A stretch of DNA of 64,000 bases from an uncultured Bacilli bacterium (GCA_934201705.1 CAKPXF010000005.1:25291-89290); one strand, 5' to 3'. Positions 8,333 through 18,571 are shown, counted from the stretch's first letter. Translations and numbers: made by a program. The notes: generated by a model from the letters alone, not told the origin.

Positions 8333-9769
8333 TTATACACTTATTTTAGTCCATTTTCTAGATTTAAATCTTAAAATATTGCAAGTCATTCGCATAATTT
8401 GATCAATTAATTGGGCAATCCATGCACCATATATTCCTAATCCTTGAATAATATTTCCATTACTGTCTACATGAGTAAAGCATAAATATATTAAAGCATA
8501 AGAAATTAAAGGCCTAATTATTGCCACAGAAAATAATGAAGTTGTCGCTGTAAATTTACTATCACCTGCAGAACGAAGTATGCCAGTATTGACCCATTGA
8601 ATATTTTGGAACACACATGCAGCTGCTGCAATTAATAAGACATTACAGGCAGTATTCAACTTATATGCATTATCAGGCTTATATAACATTACTAAGTCCT
8701 TTCTAAACGCAATCATTATAATACAAATGATTATCCCACAACTAACCGATAAAACCATCGCTACTTTAGCATAAACTATAGCTAAATCTACTCTTCTTTC
8801 ACCAAGTCTATGACCAACAATTGCAGCAGTACCAATTGCAAAGCCATCTGCTAAAGTAAATAATAAGGAATTAATATCATTACAAACGCCTTGTATATAT
8901 GTATCTTCTGTTCCAAGTCCATTAACAATTATAGCAAATATAATAAAGCCAATTCTCATTAAAATTTGTTCAATTGTAATTGAAGGCAGTAGTTTTAGTA
9001 TTTGCTTAACATTATTTTTATTCCATTTAAATAATCGAGAAAATCTAAACATTATGTAATCTTTTTGTAACATTAAGGCTATTAATGAGATAGAAAAGCC
9101 AACAAATTGACCAATAATTGTAGCTAAAGCTGCTCCACTTATACCAAGGCTTGGAAAGCCAAGTTTACCAGAAATCAAGCAATAATTTAAGAAAATGTTT
9201 ACTAAATTAGCAACAACATTTGAAAGCATTGAAATTTTAGTGTTACCAATTCCTTTTTGGCATGCATTAATAGCCATAGATAAAGAATTAAATACAAACC
9301 CAGCCGATAAAATTGATAAATATGAAATAGCAAGAGGTATTGTATCTTCTTTAGCCTGCATTAGCAAGCATAATGGCTTAGCAAAAACAATAAACAATAT
9401 TGATAAGAAAATAGATATACAAAATGATAATACTAGCCCTAAATGGACTATTTTATTAGCACCTTCTATATCTTTTTGTCCCTTTCGTCTTGCAATAATT
9501 GCACTTAAAACAACATTTAATGATTGTGAGATACAAACTAAAATAAAGTATGGTTGTTTACAAATAGTAACTGCAGCATTGGCAACATTTCCAATATCAG
9601 CAACCTGAATTCCATCAAATAAAGTAACTAATGCTACTAAAAATGATTCAATCATACTAGCCCACACTATCTTCATAACATCCTTAGATATAAGCTTAAA
9701 TGAAGGAATATTACCAATTATTTCTTCCTTTTTACAATATTTAGTTGTGTCAAAAAATCTAAAATACAT
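8333..9769 (-). CDS. MATE family efflux transporter
   Basis: 478-aa polytopic membrane protein with a 12-TM pattern and MATE-like repeat halves. Paralogous to 14300..15715. Confidence 0.8.
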   Translation of the reverse strand: MYFRFFDTTKYCKKEEIIGNIPSFKLISKDVMKIVWASMIESFLVALVTLFDGIQVADIGNVANAAVTICKQPYFILVCISQSLNVVLSAIIARRKGQKDIEGANKIVHLGLVLSFCISIFLSILFIVFAKPLCLLMQAKEDTIPLAISYLSILSAGFVFNSLSMAINACQKGIGNTKISMLSNVVANLVNIFLNYCLISGKLGFPSLGISGAALATIIGQFVGFSISLIALMLQKDYIMFRFSRLFKWNKNNVKQILKLLPSITIEQILMRIGFIIFAIIVNGLGTEDTYIQGVCNDINSLLFTLADGFAIGTAAIVGHRLGERRVDLAIVYAKVAMVLSVSCGIIICIIMIAFRKDLVMLYKPDNAYKLNTACNVLLIAAAACVFQNIQWVNTGILRSAGDSKFTATTSLFSVAIIRPLISYALIYLCFTHVDSNGNIIQGLGIYGAWIAQLIDQIMRMTCNILRFKSRKWTKISV

Positions 9770-9778
9770 ACTTGCTCC

Positions 9779-10084
9779 TTAATAATCCTCTTGATTTGAT
9801 AATATCTCTTGCGTTTTCTTTAAATCAATTTTTAATTGTTCTATCCTTTTTTTGTAATCCTTTAAAGTTATTTTATTTATTATAATAACAAATACTCCTA
9901 TAGCCAAAAGTGATAATGATCCAGCTATAATTGTTGGATTTTTTACAAAATACACTAATGCTAAAATACTAACAAGTGCTCCCATTATCATACCAATATA
10001 TGAAAAAACACTCTTTCTTTCTATTTTATTTATTATCTTTAAAATAGCATCTACTTCCCCTTTATCAATTGTATCTTTAATCAT
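9779..10084 (-). CDS. small membrane protein, unknown function
   Basis: 101 aa with two hydrophobic helices (VFSYIGMIMGALVSILALVYF, IIAGSLSLLAIGVFVIII) and a charged coiled C-terminus. Overlaps rsuA by 8 nt. Confidence 0.5.
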   Translation of the reverse strand: MIKDTIDKGEVDAILKIINKIERKSVFSYIGMIMGALVSILALVYFVKNPTIIAGSLSLLAIGVFVIIINKITLKDYKKRIEQLKIDLKKTQEILSNQEDY

Positions 10085-10784
10085 TTTTTAACATAGCTAT
10101 TTCTTCATCGCTTAATAGCCTATACTCTCCTTCCTTTAAAGTCGAATCTAAAATTAAATTTTTAAATTGTACTCTTTTTAAATAAGTAACCTTCATATTT
10201 AAAGCCTCAAACATTCTTTTGACTTGATGGAATTTTCCTTCATGTATTGTTATATAAGCTTCATTATCATTTATTAATAAAACATTACTTGGCAACGTTT
10301 TATATCCATCATCTAATATTATGCCACGTTTAAAGAAATTGTAGTATTCTTCTTTAAATTCACCTTCAAACTTTAAATAGTACTTTTTATCAACATGCTT
10401 TTTAGGAGCTAGTAATTCATGACATAATTTTCCATCATTTGTTATTAGTAAAAGTCCAACTGTATCAATATCAAGCCTACCAACAGGAAAAAGCTTCCTA
10501 TTTTGATATTCAACATCTAATAAATCAATCACTGTTTTTAATTTGTTATCATATGTTGAAGAAATAACATTTGCTGGCTTATTAAGCATTATATAAACAA
10601 GGCTTGTATAATTAACTACTTCATCAAAAACAACAACCTCATCATTTTCACTATCAACTTTAAAATCATCATTTGTAATTATATTGCCATTTACTAACAC
10701 TTCTTTTTTTCTTATTAATTGCTTTACATCCTTACGACTCCCATATCCTAAATGTGAAAGCATTTTATCAAGACGCATTATCAT
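10077..10784 (-). CDS. rsuA: rRNA pseudouridine synthase, RsuA family
   Basis: N-terminal S4 domain (RLDKMLSHLGYGSRKDVKQLIRKKEVLVNG), catalytic GRLDIDTVGLLLITNDG, and size of ~233 aa. Confidence 0.8.
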   Translation of the reverse strand: MIMRLDKMLSHLGYGSRKDVKQLIRKKEVLVNGNIITNDDFKVDSENDEVVVFDEVVNYTSLVYIMLNKPANVISSTYDNKLKTVIDLLDVEYQNRKLFPVGRLDIDTVGLLLITNDGKLCHELLAPKKHVDKKYYLKFEGEFKEEYYNFFKRGIILDDGYKTLPSNVLLINDNEAYITIHEGKFHQVKRMFEALNMKVTYLKRVQFKNLILDSTLKEGEYRLLSDEEIAMLKND

Positions 10785-11632
10785 ATATTATTATCCTCAT
10801 TTTTTTGATAAACTAATAAAACAAACGAAATTCGTGTTTTAAGTCTATTTAAGCTTTTTAGCTTTTCAATACTTTCTTTAGATGATTTATAGTAATATGG
10901 CGTCATAGTAAATAAATCATATATTTCATTATTATTTTTTAGTAAAATATCATCTTTTATATGAACCTCTTCGATTAATTTAAAGCCACAAAGTTGTTTT
11001 TCTTTCATTTCGTTTAAAATAACATTTTCATATAAAAACTCCTTTAAATTTAAAAGATGATCAGAATCAGGAAGAATTCTTATAAAATAACCATTATCCT
11101 TTAATACTCTATAAAATTCTTTAGCATCTATTAAAGCAAAACAATTTAGCATAAATGTAAAAGAATTATCTAAAAATGGTAAATAATTTAAATTGCCAAT
11201 GACATAATCAATATTTTCTAAATGCATGGCGTTTCTTTTTTTACAAGCTTCTATAATTGCATATTTTGAAATATCAATACCTATTGTATTAATGTTCTTT
11301 TCTTTTTTTAGCTCATTGTGTAAATAATTTGTATAATAGCCCTCTCCACATGCTAAATCGCAAAAATTGATTTCTTTATCTATATTGTATTTAATAATTA
11401 AATCTAAAATTTTTTTTCTTAAAATATGATAGTAATTTAACTCTAAGAATCTACCCCTTGATAGAATCATTTCTTTATTATCACCAGGATTATTTGAATG
11501 CTTTTGATTAGCTAAAAGCATATTTACATATCCCTTTGAAGAAATATCATAACTATGATTATTAATACATTTATATGATGTATCATTTTTAATTAATTGT
11601 TTATTACAAACAGGGCATTTTAAAAAATCCAT
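10781..11632 (-). CDS. rlmA: 23S rRNA (guanine-N1)-methyltransferase, RlmA-like
   Basis: N-terminal zinc ribbon FLKCPVCNKQL...YKCINNHSYDISSKGYVNML, then a class-I SAM motif (FCDLACGEGYY). Confidence 0.7.
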   Translation of the reverse strand: MDFLKCPVCNKQLIKNDTSYKCINNHSYDISSKGYVNMLLANQKHSNNPGDNKEMILSRGRFLELNYYHILRKKILDLIIKYNIDKEINFCDLACGEGYYTNYLHNELKKEKNINTIGIDISKYAIIEACKKRNAMHLENIDYVIGNLNYLPFLDNSFTFMLNCFALIDAKEFYRVLKDNGYFIRILPDSDHLLNLKEFLYENVILNEMKEKQLCGFKLIEEVHIKDDILLKNNNEIYDLFTMTPYYYKSSKESIEKLKSLNRLKTRISFVLLVYQKNEDNNI

Positions 11633-11701
11633 TAAATCACCTTTTTTCTTACTTTAATATTCTTATTTTACCACTTTTTCCACTTAAAAGCATCAATTAA
11701 G

Positions 11702-11730
11702 TTGACAATGTTATTAAATATATCTATAAT
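11702..11730 (+). promoter_or_regulatory. consensus sigma-A promoter of the Fur-family operon
   Basis: TTGACA (11702-11707), 17-nt spacer, TATAAT (11725-11730). Confidence 0.7.
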
Positions 11731-11737
11731 ATTAGAG

Positions 11738-11758
11738 ATTTGAGAATGGTTCTCAAAT
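11738..11758. promoter_or_regulatory. 9-3-9 perfect inverted repeat, candidate Fur-family operator
   Basis: ATTTGAGAA-tgg-TTCTCAAAT lies immediately downstream of the -10 element and upstream of the GAGGTG RBS. Confidence 0.6.
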
Positions 11759-11772
11759 TTGCGAGGTGTACT

Positions 11773-12147
11773 ATGAAATATAATACAAAGCAAAGACAAA
11801 TAATTATTGATTATTTTAATAAAAATAAAAATGCAATTTCCATTAAAGATTTGTATTTAATATTAAAAGATAATATCTCGAAAGCAACACTATATCGTGA
11901 AATTGATAATTTAGTAAATGAAGGAAAATTACTAAAAATTTATAATAGTGACAAAAATATTTATGAATATGAATTAAGTGATTTTAAAATTGGCTGCGAT
12001 AAGCACTTACATTTAAAGTGTGATGTTTGTGGAAAAATTTATCATCTAGATGATTCTATTTCTTCATCTTTAAATTCAATTCATTTTATGATTAATTATT
12101 CGCAATCATTTATTCATGGTGTTTGCCAGGCTTGTAATAAAAAGTAG
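11773..12147 (+). CDS. Fur family transcriptional regulator (Fur/Zur/PerR type)
   Basis: The track ORF begins at a TTG (11740) inside the operator. ATG 11773 has a GAGGTG RBS. Winged helix (ATLYREIDNLVNEGKL) plus Cys pairs CDVCGK...CQAC. Confidence 0.8.
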   Translation: MKYNTKQRQIIIDYFNKNKNAISIKDLYLILKDNISKATLYREIDNLVNEGKLLKIYNSDKNIYEYELSDFKIGCDKHLHLKCDVCGKIYHLDDSISSSLNSIHFMINYSQSFIHGVCQACNKK

Positions 12148-12155
12148 GTGGTAAT

Positions 12156-13016
12156 ATGAAAGAGGCTATATTTGATGCTTTTAATGATACAATAATCACC
12201 TTTTTAGTTATTTTTATTTTATATGTTTTAATTTCATTTATTGAAACTAAATTAACTAGCAAATTTAAAAAATCCGCAAAGTATTCGCCGATAATTGGAG
12301 CTGGAATCGGCTTAATTCCTCAATGCGGCTTTAGTATAGTTGCTAGTGATTTATATTTAAAAAATTATATATCGATGGGCACCTTAATTGCTATTTTTAT
12401 ATCTTGTAGTGATGAGGCATTACCAATTTTACTTGCATCTCCTAGTAGTATGATTATGTGTATTCCATTACTTTTAACTAAATTTGTTGTAGCTAGTGTT
12501 TTTGGCTATTTAATTGATTTTATCTTTAAAAAGCCAAAGTTAATTATTAATACTAATAATGAAGAAATAGAAAAAAATGATTATTGTTGCTTTCATCATA
12601 ATCACTTTCAAAGTAAAATTAAAGAGCACTTAGTTCATCCACTTATTCACTCACTTAAAATTTCACTTTATGTTTTTATTGTTAATATAGCCTTTGCTTT
12701 ATTAATTTATTATATAAAAGAAGATAATATTAAAGCATTTATTAATAATAATATTTATTTAACTCCTCTTCTTTCAAGTATTGTAGGTTTAATTCCTACA
12801 TGTGCCTCATCAATTATAATAACTGAACTTTTTGTTTCAAAGGCTTTAACATTTGGAGCAACTATTTCAGGATTAATTTGTAATGCTGGGTTAGGATTAA
12901 TATATTTATTTAAAAAGAAAGAAAATTTTAAAAACAATTTATTAATTGTTTCATTATTATTTACAATAAGCTTAATTGTTGGCTATGCTATATTATTTAT
13001 TGAAATAAATATTTAA
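12156..13016 (+). CDS. polytopic membrane protein, probable ArsP_2-type (10-TM putative metal exporter) family
   Basis: Two homologous halves each carry a G-L-I-P-x-C-x-x-S motif (GLIPQCGFS, GLIPTCASS), with a His-rich loop CCFHHNHF between them. The gene starts 9 nt after the Fur-family gene. The family name is from memory. Confidence 0.55.
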   Translation: MKEAIFDAFNDTIITFLVIFILYVLISFIETKLTSKFKKSAKYSPIIGAGIGLIPQCGFSIVASDLYLKNYISMGTLIAIFISCSDEALPILLASPSSMIMCIPLLLTKFVVASVFGYLIDFIFKKPKLIINTNNEEIEKNDYCCFHHNHFQSKIKEHLVHPLIHSLKISLYVFIVNIAFALLIYYIKEDNIKAFINNNIYLTPLLSSIVGLIPTCASSIIITELFVSKALTFGATISGLICNAGLGLIYLFKKKENFKNNLLIVSLLFTISLIVGYAILFIEINI

Positions 13017-13036
13017 AAAGAAGTGAGATTTAATTT

Positions 13037-14293
13037 TCACTTCTTTAAATTTTTTTGATATTTAATATGAGCTTCTTCAACGGCAAATCTAATTTTAATT
13101 ACAGGAGTTTTATCAAGAGGGTAAATCAGATATGAATTATTTTCATCATGAACCTCAACTCCTGAATCTTTACAGCCCTTTACATCATATGTCACATGAA
13201 TTGTAGAATTTAGCTTTTGATTGTATTCAAAATAAAAATCTTCATTTGTTTCATTTATTTTTCCATACACCTTTATTCCATCATTATTTTGTCTTGCTAT
13301 TCCTTTAGCAAAGTTATGATCAAAGCCTAGCTTACAATTTAATAGCTTTGATATTTTAACTGGAAATTCAATATCGTATTTATTATTATTAATATCTTCT
13401 TGAACAAATTTTCTTTGAAAAGTAAACCAAGAGGAAATAGAATCAAATTTAGTTTCACCATTTTTATTTTTTAATATAGATAATTCATCTATTTCATATG
13501 TCGCATTGCAATTAGTACAATGTATTTCATTATTAATTCCTTCAATGCATTTTTCGCACAAACAATTAGGACATTTATATAATATTCTATCAATATGGTT
13601 AGCCTTACTTAGAGAATGTATTTTTATATTATTCTCACGTTGATATTTATATTCATCATATGGGAAATATTTATTTATTCTATCTTGTATTTCCTCAGCT
13701 GATAAATTTGCTACCTCATCCTTATTAACTACCATTTTAGCAGTAAAAATTAATGGTACCTCTTTATTTAAAGGCTTTGTGTTCCATCTTGGTGAATATA
13801 AGTAATTTCCCTTTTGATTAATAACAATTACTGGAACATTGGCCATCTTAGCAAGCTTTCCTAAGCTTTGGTCAATCATATTATTTACTCCAGCAAAGGA
13901 ATAGGTTGCCTCAGGATAAATTGAAACTATATTTCCCTTTTTTAGTAATCTTACAATTGTTCTAATTATTGACATATCACGATAATGGACCTTTTTAGGT
14001 ATACAGCCAAGCCTTCTCATAATCCATTCTTTATAAACAAATTCATCTATGCTTGAAATGTAATATGAGCGTCTAGGAAACAAAAATTTTTCAAGCAACT
14101 TAAAATCAGTAAAGCACATATGATTTGAAACAATCAAGCACCCGCCTTTAATTCTTTTAAAGTTTTCTTTGATTATTTTATGCTTTACACTAAGTAGCAT
14201 AAAATTTACAACAAGCCAAATAATTGGCTGTAAATACCACCTTGTTTTAATTGGTTTTCTATTAAAGTCGATTTTTTTATATGATTGTTCCAT
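13037..14293 (-). CDS. PlsC-like acyltransferase with zinc ribbon and C-terminal domain of unknown function (paralog of 27269..28510)
   Basis: HX4D motif NHMCFTD, YPEATYS block, and zinc ribbon CPNC...CTNC. Confidence 0.7.
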   Translation of the reverse strand: MEQSYKKIDFNRKPIKTRWYLQPIIWLVVNFMLLSVKHKIIKENFKRIKGGCLIVSNHMCFTDFKLLEKFLFPRRSYYISSIDEFVYKEWIMRRLGCIPKKVHYRDMSIIRTIVRLLKKGNIVSIYPEATYSFAGVNNMIDQSLGKLAKMANVPVIVINQKGNYLYSPRWNTKPLNKEVPLIFTAKMVVNKDEVANLSAEEIQDRINKYFPYDEYKYQRENNIKIHSLSKANHIDRILYKCPNCLCEKCIEGINNEIHCTNCNATYEIDELSILKNKNGETKFDSISSWFTFQRKFVQEDINNNKYDIEFPVKISKLLNCKLGFDHNFAKGIARQNNDGIKVYGKINETNEDFYFEYNQKLNSTIHVTYDVKGCKDSGVEVHDENNSYLIYPLDKTPVIKIRFAVEEAHIKYQKNLKK

Positions 14294-14299
14294 AATTAA

Positions 14300-15715
14300 T
14301 TAAGCTCCTAGTGGCTTTATTTTATCACGATAAACCTTTTTAAACAAGGATATTGCAAATATTAAAGCAACTAATTCAGCAATTAAAAATGAAAACCAAA
14401 CTAAATCTAAATTTTTAGTTAATGATAATAAATAAGCAACTGGTAATAGCACAACTATTTGTCTAATTATTGAAACAATCATTGAATAAACACTATTACC
14501 TAAGGCTTGAAGCATTGAAAGAATAACTATACAAAAGGCTGCTACTAAAAAACTAGTTGAAATAATTCTAAGGCATGGTACTCCAATACTTGCAAGGCTA
14601 TTGGCAACCTCTTCATTTTCGGCAAATAATGATAGCAATTCACGAGGAAAAATCATAAATGCTAAAGTGCCAAGCGACATCATAATGAAAACAAACATTA
14701 AAGAATATTTAAATGTTTTCATCATCTTTTCTTTATTTTTAGCGCCATAATTATAAGCTACAATTGGAACCATAGCATTATTTAAACCAAATACTGGCAT
14801 AAAGAAAACAGAATTCAATTTAAAATATAAGCCAAATACTGTCTGTGGTAAATCCTTATAATAAGTATTAGTATTTGGTATTTTTACATTTTCAAATATC
14901 ATTAATATTTTATTAAATACGAATGTTAAAATTGAAGCAATTGCTGCCATTATAGCGCTTGGAATTCCAATTATTAATATTTCTTTAATTAATTTAAAAT
15001 CAATTTTTAATGTCTGCTTATTAAAATGAATTTCTTTATTTAAAAAGACATTTAATAATAATCCTATAAAGCAACCAAAGAATTGACCAATAATTGTGGC
15101 TAAAGCAGCTCCTTTAATACCCATTTCTGGAAAAATCCACCAGCCAAAAATTAAAAATGGATCTAATACAATATTAACAATAGCACCCGATGCTTGAGCA
15201 AACATTACTAAAAGAGTTTTTCCAGTAGATTGTAATAATTTTTCAAAAGTGATTGAAAATATAAGTCCGAAAGCTCCAATAACAACTATTTTTAAATATT
15301 CAATGCCTTCTTCAACAACCTTAGTATTTGAAGAAATAGCATTCATATATGAAGGCATTAAGGTTAAGCCTATTATCATAAAAATAAATGTTGCTACTAG
15401 CATTATATAGCAGCCATTGCTTGCTGTTAATGAGGCTTTAGTTTTATTTTTTTCACCTAAGCTTTTAGATAAAACCGCATTAATTCCTACCCCAATTCCA
15501 GTTGACATAGCAATAATTAAATTTTGCATAGGCCAAGCTAAGCCAACGGCAGTTAAAGCATCATTTGAATACTTTCCAACATAAATACTATCAACGACAT
15601 TATATAAAGATTGTATAAGCATTGAAATTATCATTGGAAAAGCCATTGATAATAATAATTTTAAAACAGGAGTTGTTCCCATCTTGTTTTCTTTTATTGT
15701 TTCTATTTTTTCCAT
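14300..15715 (-). CDS. MATE family efflux transporter
   Basis: 471-aa, 12-TM pattern with typical MATE N-terminus (PVLKLLLSMAFPMIISMLIQSLYNVVDSIYVG). Confidence 0.85.
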   Translation of the reverse strand: MEKIETIKENKMGTTPVLKLLLSMAFPMIISMLIQSLYNVVDSIYVGKYSNDALTAVGLAWPMQNLIIAMSTGIGVGINAVLSKSLGEKNKTKASLTASNGCYIMLVATFIFMIIGLTLMPSYMNAISSNTKVVEEGIEYLKIVVIGAFGLIFSITFEKLLQSTGKTLLVMFAQASGAIVNIVLDPFLIFGWWIFPEMGIKGAALATIIGQFFGCFIGLLLNVFLNKEIHFNKQTLKIDFKLIKEILIIGIPSAIMAAIASILTFVFNKILMIFENVKIPNTNTYYKDLPQTVFGLYFKLNSVFFMPVFGLNNAMVPIVAYNYGAKNKEKMMKTFKYSLMFVFIMMSLGTLAFMIFPRELLSLFAENEEVANSLASIGVPCLRIISTSFLVAAFCIVILSMLQALGNSVYSMIVSIIRQIVVLLPVAYLLSLTKNLDLVWFSFLIAELVALIFAISLFKKVYRDKIKPLGA

Positions 15716-15822
15716 TTTTTTACTACTCCTTATGCAAACTCTATTATTATACTATTAATATAATATAAAATCTATATTTAAATACATTTGTAAAATAAAA
15801 GGCTAGCCTTTAATTACTAACC

Positions 15823-17241
15823 TTAATTATTTTCATTTTCTATAACAAATTCCTTTAATGTGTTTGCAATCTCAATACATTTTTCCTTACTTTCCATTTC
15901 ACAAACAACACGAATTACTTTTTCTGTTCCTGAAAATCTTAATACAGCAAAGCAATTATTATCAAAGTAATATTTATAATTATTATTAATCTTTTTAAAA
16001 TCATTTACCTTTAAAGAAAAAGAAGGTGTTTTGTTTAAAAAAGCAGCATTTAATTTTTCTTTATCTTTAAAATTAATTTGATCTTCATAATAATAATTAC
16101 TATAATTAGCAAATTCTTTTACTTCTTCAATAATCTTTGAAACAGGTTTCTTTAATGCTAAAACCATTTTTAAAAATAAAGCTGATGAAAAAGTTGAATC
16201 CTTTCCATATATATAATTCTTTATGGTTAAACCACCACTTGATTCGCCACCAACTAAAGCATCATATTTTTTCATAGCACTAGTAATGTTTTTAAAGCCA
16301 ACATCAACCTCATGGCATTTATAGTTTAACTTATTAGCAACAGCATCTATTAAGCTTGAAGTAGTTAAGTTTTTAACAATGTCACCCTTTAAATGACAAT
16401 ATTTAACTAAATAATAATATGAAGCTGCTAAAATTTCATTAGCATCGATATAATTTCCATTTTCATCTAAAATAGCAAGTCTATCACAATCTGAATCAGT
16501 TCCAATAGCTAAATCATATTTTCCATTAACAACCATATCTTTAATTAATTCCATATTTTTAATAGTTGGATTTGGCATTTTAAAATTAAAGAAGGCTTCA
16601 TGCTTATCCTCAATCATTTTATAGTTATTAATATTTAGCATTTCACACATTTTTCGTAATGTAATAATACCTGTTCCGTATATTGGATCAATTAAAACTT
16701 TTAAGTTATTATCTACTTTATTATTTAAATTTAAGAATTTTTCTAAATTATCATAATATAAATTTAAAAAATCAATTTCTTCAACTAATTTTCCTTTTAA
16801 AGCTATATCATAATCAATTGATTTAACATTCTTTATTGTCTTTATAATATTCTCAATAGTAGATGTTACTTCACCTCTAGCATCTTGTCCATCAAGTTCA
16901 AAAAGCTTAACGCCATTATAATAATAAGGATTATGAGATGCTGTTATCATAATACCATATTGACTATGATGTTCCTTACATATATTCATTACCACTGGAG
17001 TAGGTGTGGCACTATTTGCTATATATACTTTAATATCATTAGCGCATAATGTTTCAACCATCCATTTTGCTGCAAAGTCAGACGCGAAACGATAATCATA
17101 TCCTATATATATTTCTTTTTTAGCATTTGTAGTATTTATTAATGTAGCTAAAGCTTGAGCAATTAATTTTACATTTTCCTTTGTAAAATCATCAGCAATA
17201 ATTCCTCTAAAACCACCTGTTCCAAATTTTATATCATTCAT
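15823..17241 (-). CDS. phosphoglucomutase/phosphomannomutase family protein
   Basis: Active-site loop ITASHNPYYYNG, metal loop GTDSDCDR, and sugar loop GGESSGG. Confidence 0.85.
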   Translation of the reverse strand: MNDIKFGTGGFRGIIADDFTKENVKLIAQALATLINTTNAKKEIYIGYDYRFASDFAAKWMVETLCANDIKVYIANSATPTPVVMNICKEHHSQYGIMITASHNPYYYNGVKLFELDGQDARGEVTSTIENIIKTIKNVKSIDYDIALKGKLVEEIDFLNLYYDNLEKFLNLNNKVDNNLKVLIDPIYGTGIITLRKMCEMLNINNYKMIEDKHEAFFNFKMPNPTIKNMELIKDMVVNGKYDLAIGTDSDCDRLAILDENGNYIDANEILAASYYYLVKYCHLKGDIVKNLTTSSLIDAVANKLNYKCHEVDVGFKNITSAMKKYDALVGGESSGGLTIKNYIYGKDSTFSSALFLKMVLALKKPVSKIIEEVKEFANYSNYYYEDQINFKDKEKLNAAFLNKTPSFSLKVNDFKKINNNYKYYFDNNCFAVLRFSGTEKVIRVVCEMESKEKCIEIANTLKEFVIENENN

Positions 17242-17390
17242 ATTATTTTTTCTCCCGTAAAAATTTTACAATAATAGTAAATTAAAAGCAATTTAATTAT
17301 ACAATAATTTTTTTTAAAGAAAGACTAAACCGCTTATAAAAATAGCGGTTTTTTGCTATAATAAAAAAGGATAGTAAAGGAGGTAAATTT

Positions 17391-18191
17391 ATGGTTATTA
17401 AGGCTATATTTTCAGATATTGATGGAACACTATTACACGATGATTTAACAATTGGAAATAAAACCCTTAAAGCAATTAAAACATTAAATGATAAAAATAT
17501 TCCTTTTGTTATCGTCTCAGCTAGAAGCCCTAAAGCAATTTATCCAATTTTAAAAAGATATAATTTAAATACAAATATTATTTCCTTTAGTGGTGGTGCA
17601 ATATTAAATAATGATAGAAATGTTATTTTTAATGAAGGCTTTAATAAGATGCAAGTAAAGGAAATAATTGATTTTATTAAAAAAGAACAATTTGATTTAA
17701 CTTGGAATTTATATAGCATTGATAAGTGGGTAGTTCATGATAAAAACGATCCAAGGGTATTACTTGAAGAAAGTATTGTCAAGGATAGTTCTATTCAAGG
17801 TGATGAATCTTTATTTGAAAATGATGAAAAAATAAATAAAATCCTTTGTATTTGTAATCCATTATATACTAATATGATTCAAGAAAAACTAAGAAATAAA
17901 TTTAAAGAATATAGTATTTGCTTATCATCAAAAAATCTTCTAGAAATAATGCCAAATAATATAAGTAAAGGAAATGCTATTATTAATTATTGCAAAATTA
18001 ATAATATTTGCACAGATAATTGCGTGGGATTTGGAGATAATTATAATGATGAAAGTATGCTAAAAGCAGTTAAATATGGTGTTTTAATGGATAATGCACC
18101 AAGCGAACTAAAAAAACATTTTAATTATATTACAGCAAGTAACAATGAAGATGGAATATATGCCTTTTTAAATGACAATAAAATTATATAG
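17391..18191 (+). CDS. Cof-type HAD-IIB phosphatase
   Basis: Motif I FSDIDGTLL, motif IV GFGDNYND, size 266 aa. AGGAGG RBS. Confidence 0.8.
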   Translation: MVIKAIFSDIDGTLLHDDLTIGNKTLKAIKTLNDKNIPFVIVSARSPKAIYPILKRYNLNTNIISFSGGAILNNDRNVIFNEGFNKMQVKEIIDFIKKEQFDLTWNLYSIDKWVVHDKNDPRVLLEESIVKDSSIQGDESLFENDEKINKILCICNPLYTNMIQEKLRNKFKEYSICLSSKNLLEIMPNNISKGNAIINYCKINNICTDNCVGFGDNYNDESMLKAVKYGVLMDNAPSELKKHFNYITASNNEDGIYAFLNDNKII

Positions 18192-18291
18192 TTTTTGACA
18201 TTTACACCTAAAAAATATTGACTTTAGTGTAAAAACACCTTAAAATATTAATGTCTATACATATAATAGACATAGTTGAAAGGATTAAAAT

Positions 18292-18522
18292 ATGGCAAGA
18301 GGAACAGTTAAATGGTTTAATGCTGAAAAAGGCTATGGCTTTATTTCAGATAGCGAAACTCACCACGATATTTTCGTTCACTATTCTCAAATTCAAATGG
18401 ATGGCTACAAATCTTTAGAAGAAAAAGCTACTGTTGAATATGAAATTGAAGTTGACGAAAAAACTGGAAAAGAAAGAGCTAAAAACGTAGTTGTTGTTGA
18501 AGTACCAGCAAAAGCTGAATAA
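18292..18522 (+). CDS. cold-shock domain protein
   Basis: [15 protein letters not shown] (RNP1) and DIFVHYS (RNP2). Upstream promoter TTGACT-17-TAAAAT and a 5'-UTR hairpin. Confidence 0.9.
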   Translation: MARGTVKWFNAEKGYGFISDSETHHDIFVHYSQIQMDGYKSLEEKATVEYEIEVDEKTGKERAKNVVVVEVPAKAE

Positions 18523-18535
18523 AATTGACAATAAC

Positions 18536-18567
18536 AAAAAGCAATTCAAATTTGAATTGCTTTTTTT
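18536..18567. terminator. bidirectional rho-independent terminator
   Basis: A5-GCAATTCAAATTTGAATTGC-T7. The stem is a perfect 20-nt palindrome between convergent genes. Confidence 0.85.
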
Positions 18568-18571
18568 CATT

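Noticed and set aside
9195-9608. 137-aa plus-strand ORF. The same applies to 3911..4096, 12755..12937, 21602..21787, 26991..27188, 30820..31083 and 35563..35757
   Set aside because: All lie antisense within longer CDSs that have clear family motifs. These are typical shadow ORFs of AT-rich DNA.
18198-18240. TTTACAC / GTGTAAA inverted 7-mers in the csp promoter, resembling the core of the DUF4143-associated repeats
   Set aside because: A 7-mer of this composition is expected many times by chance in 64 kb of AT-rich DNA. The 33-bp periodicity and the longer core are absent here.
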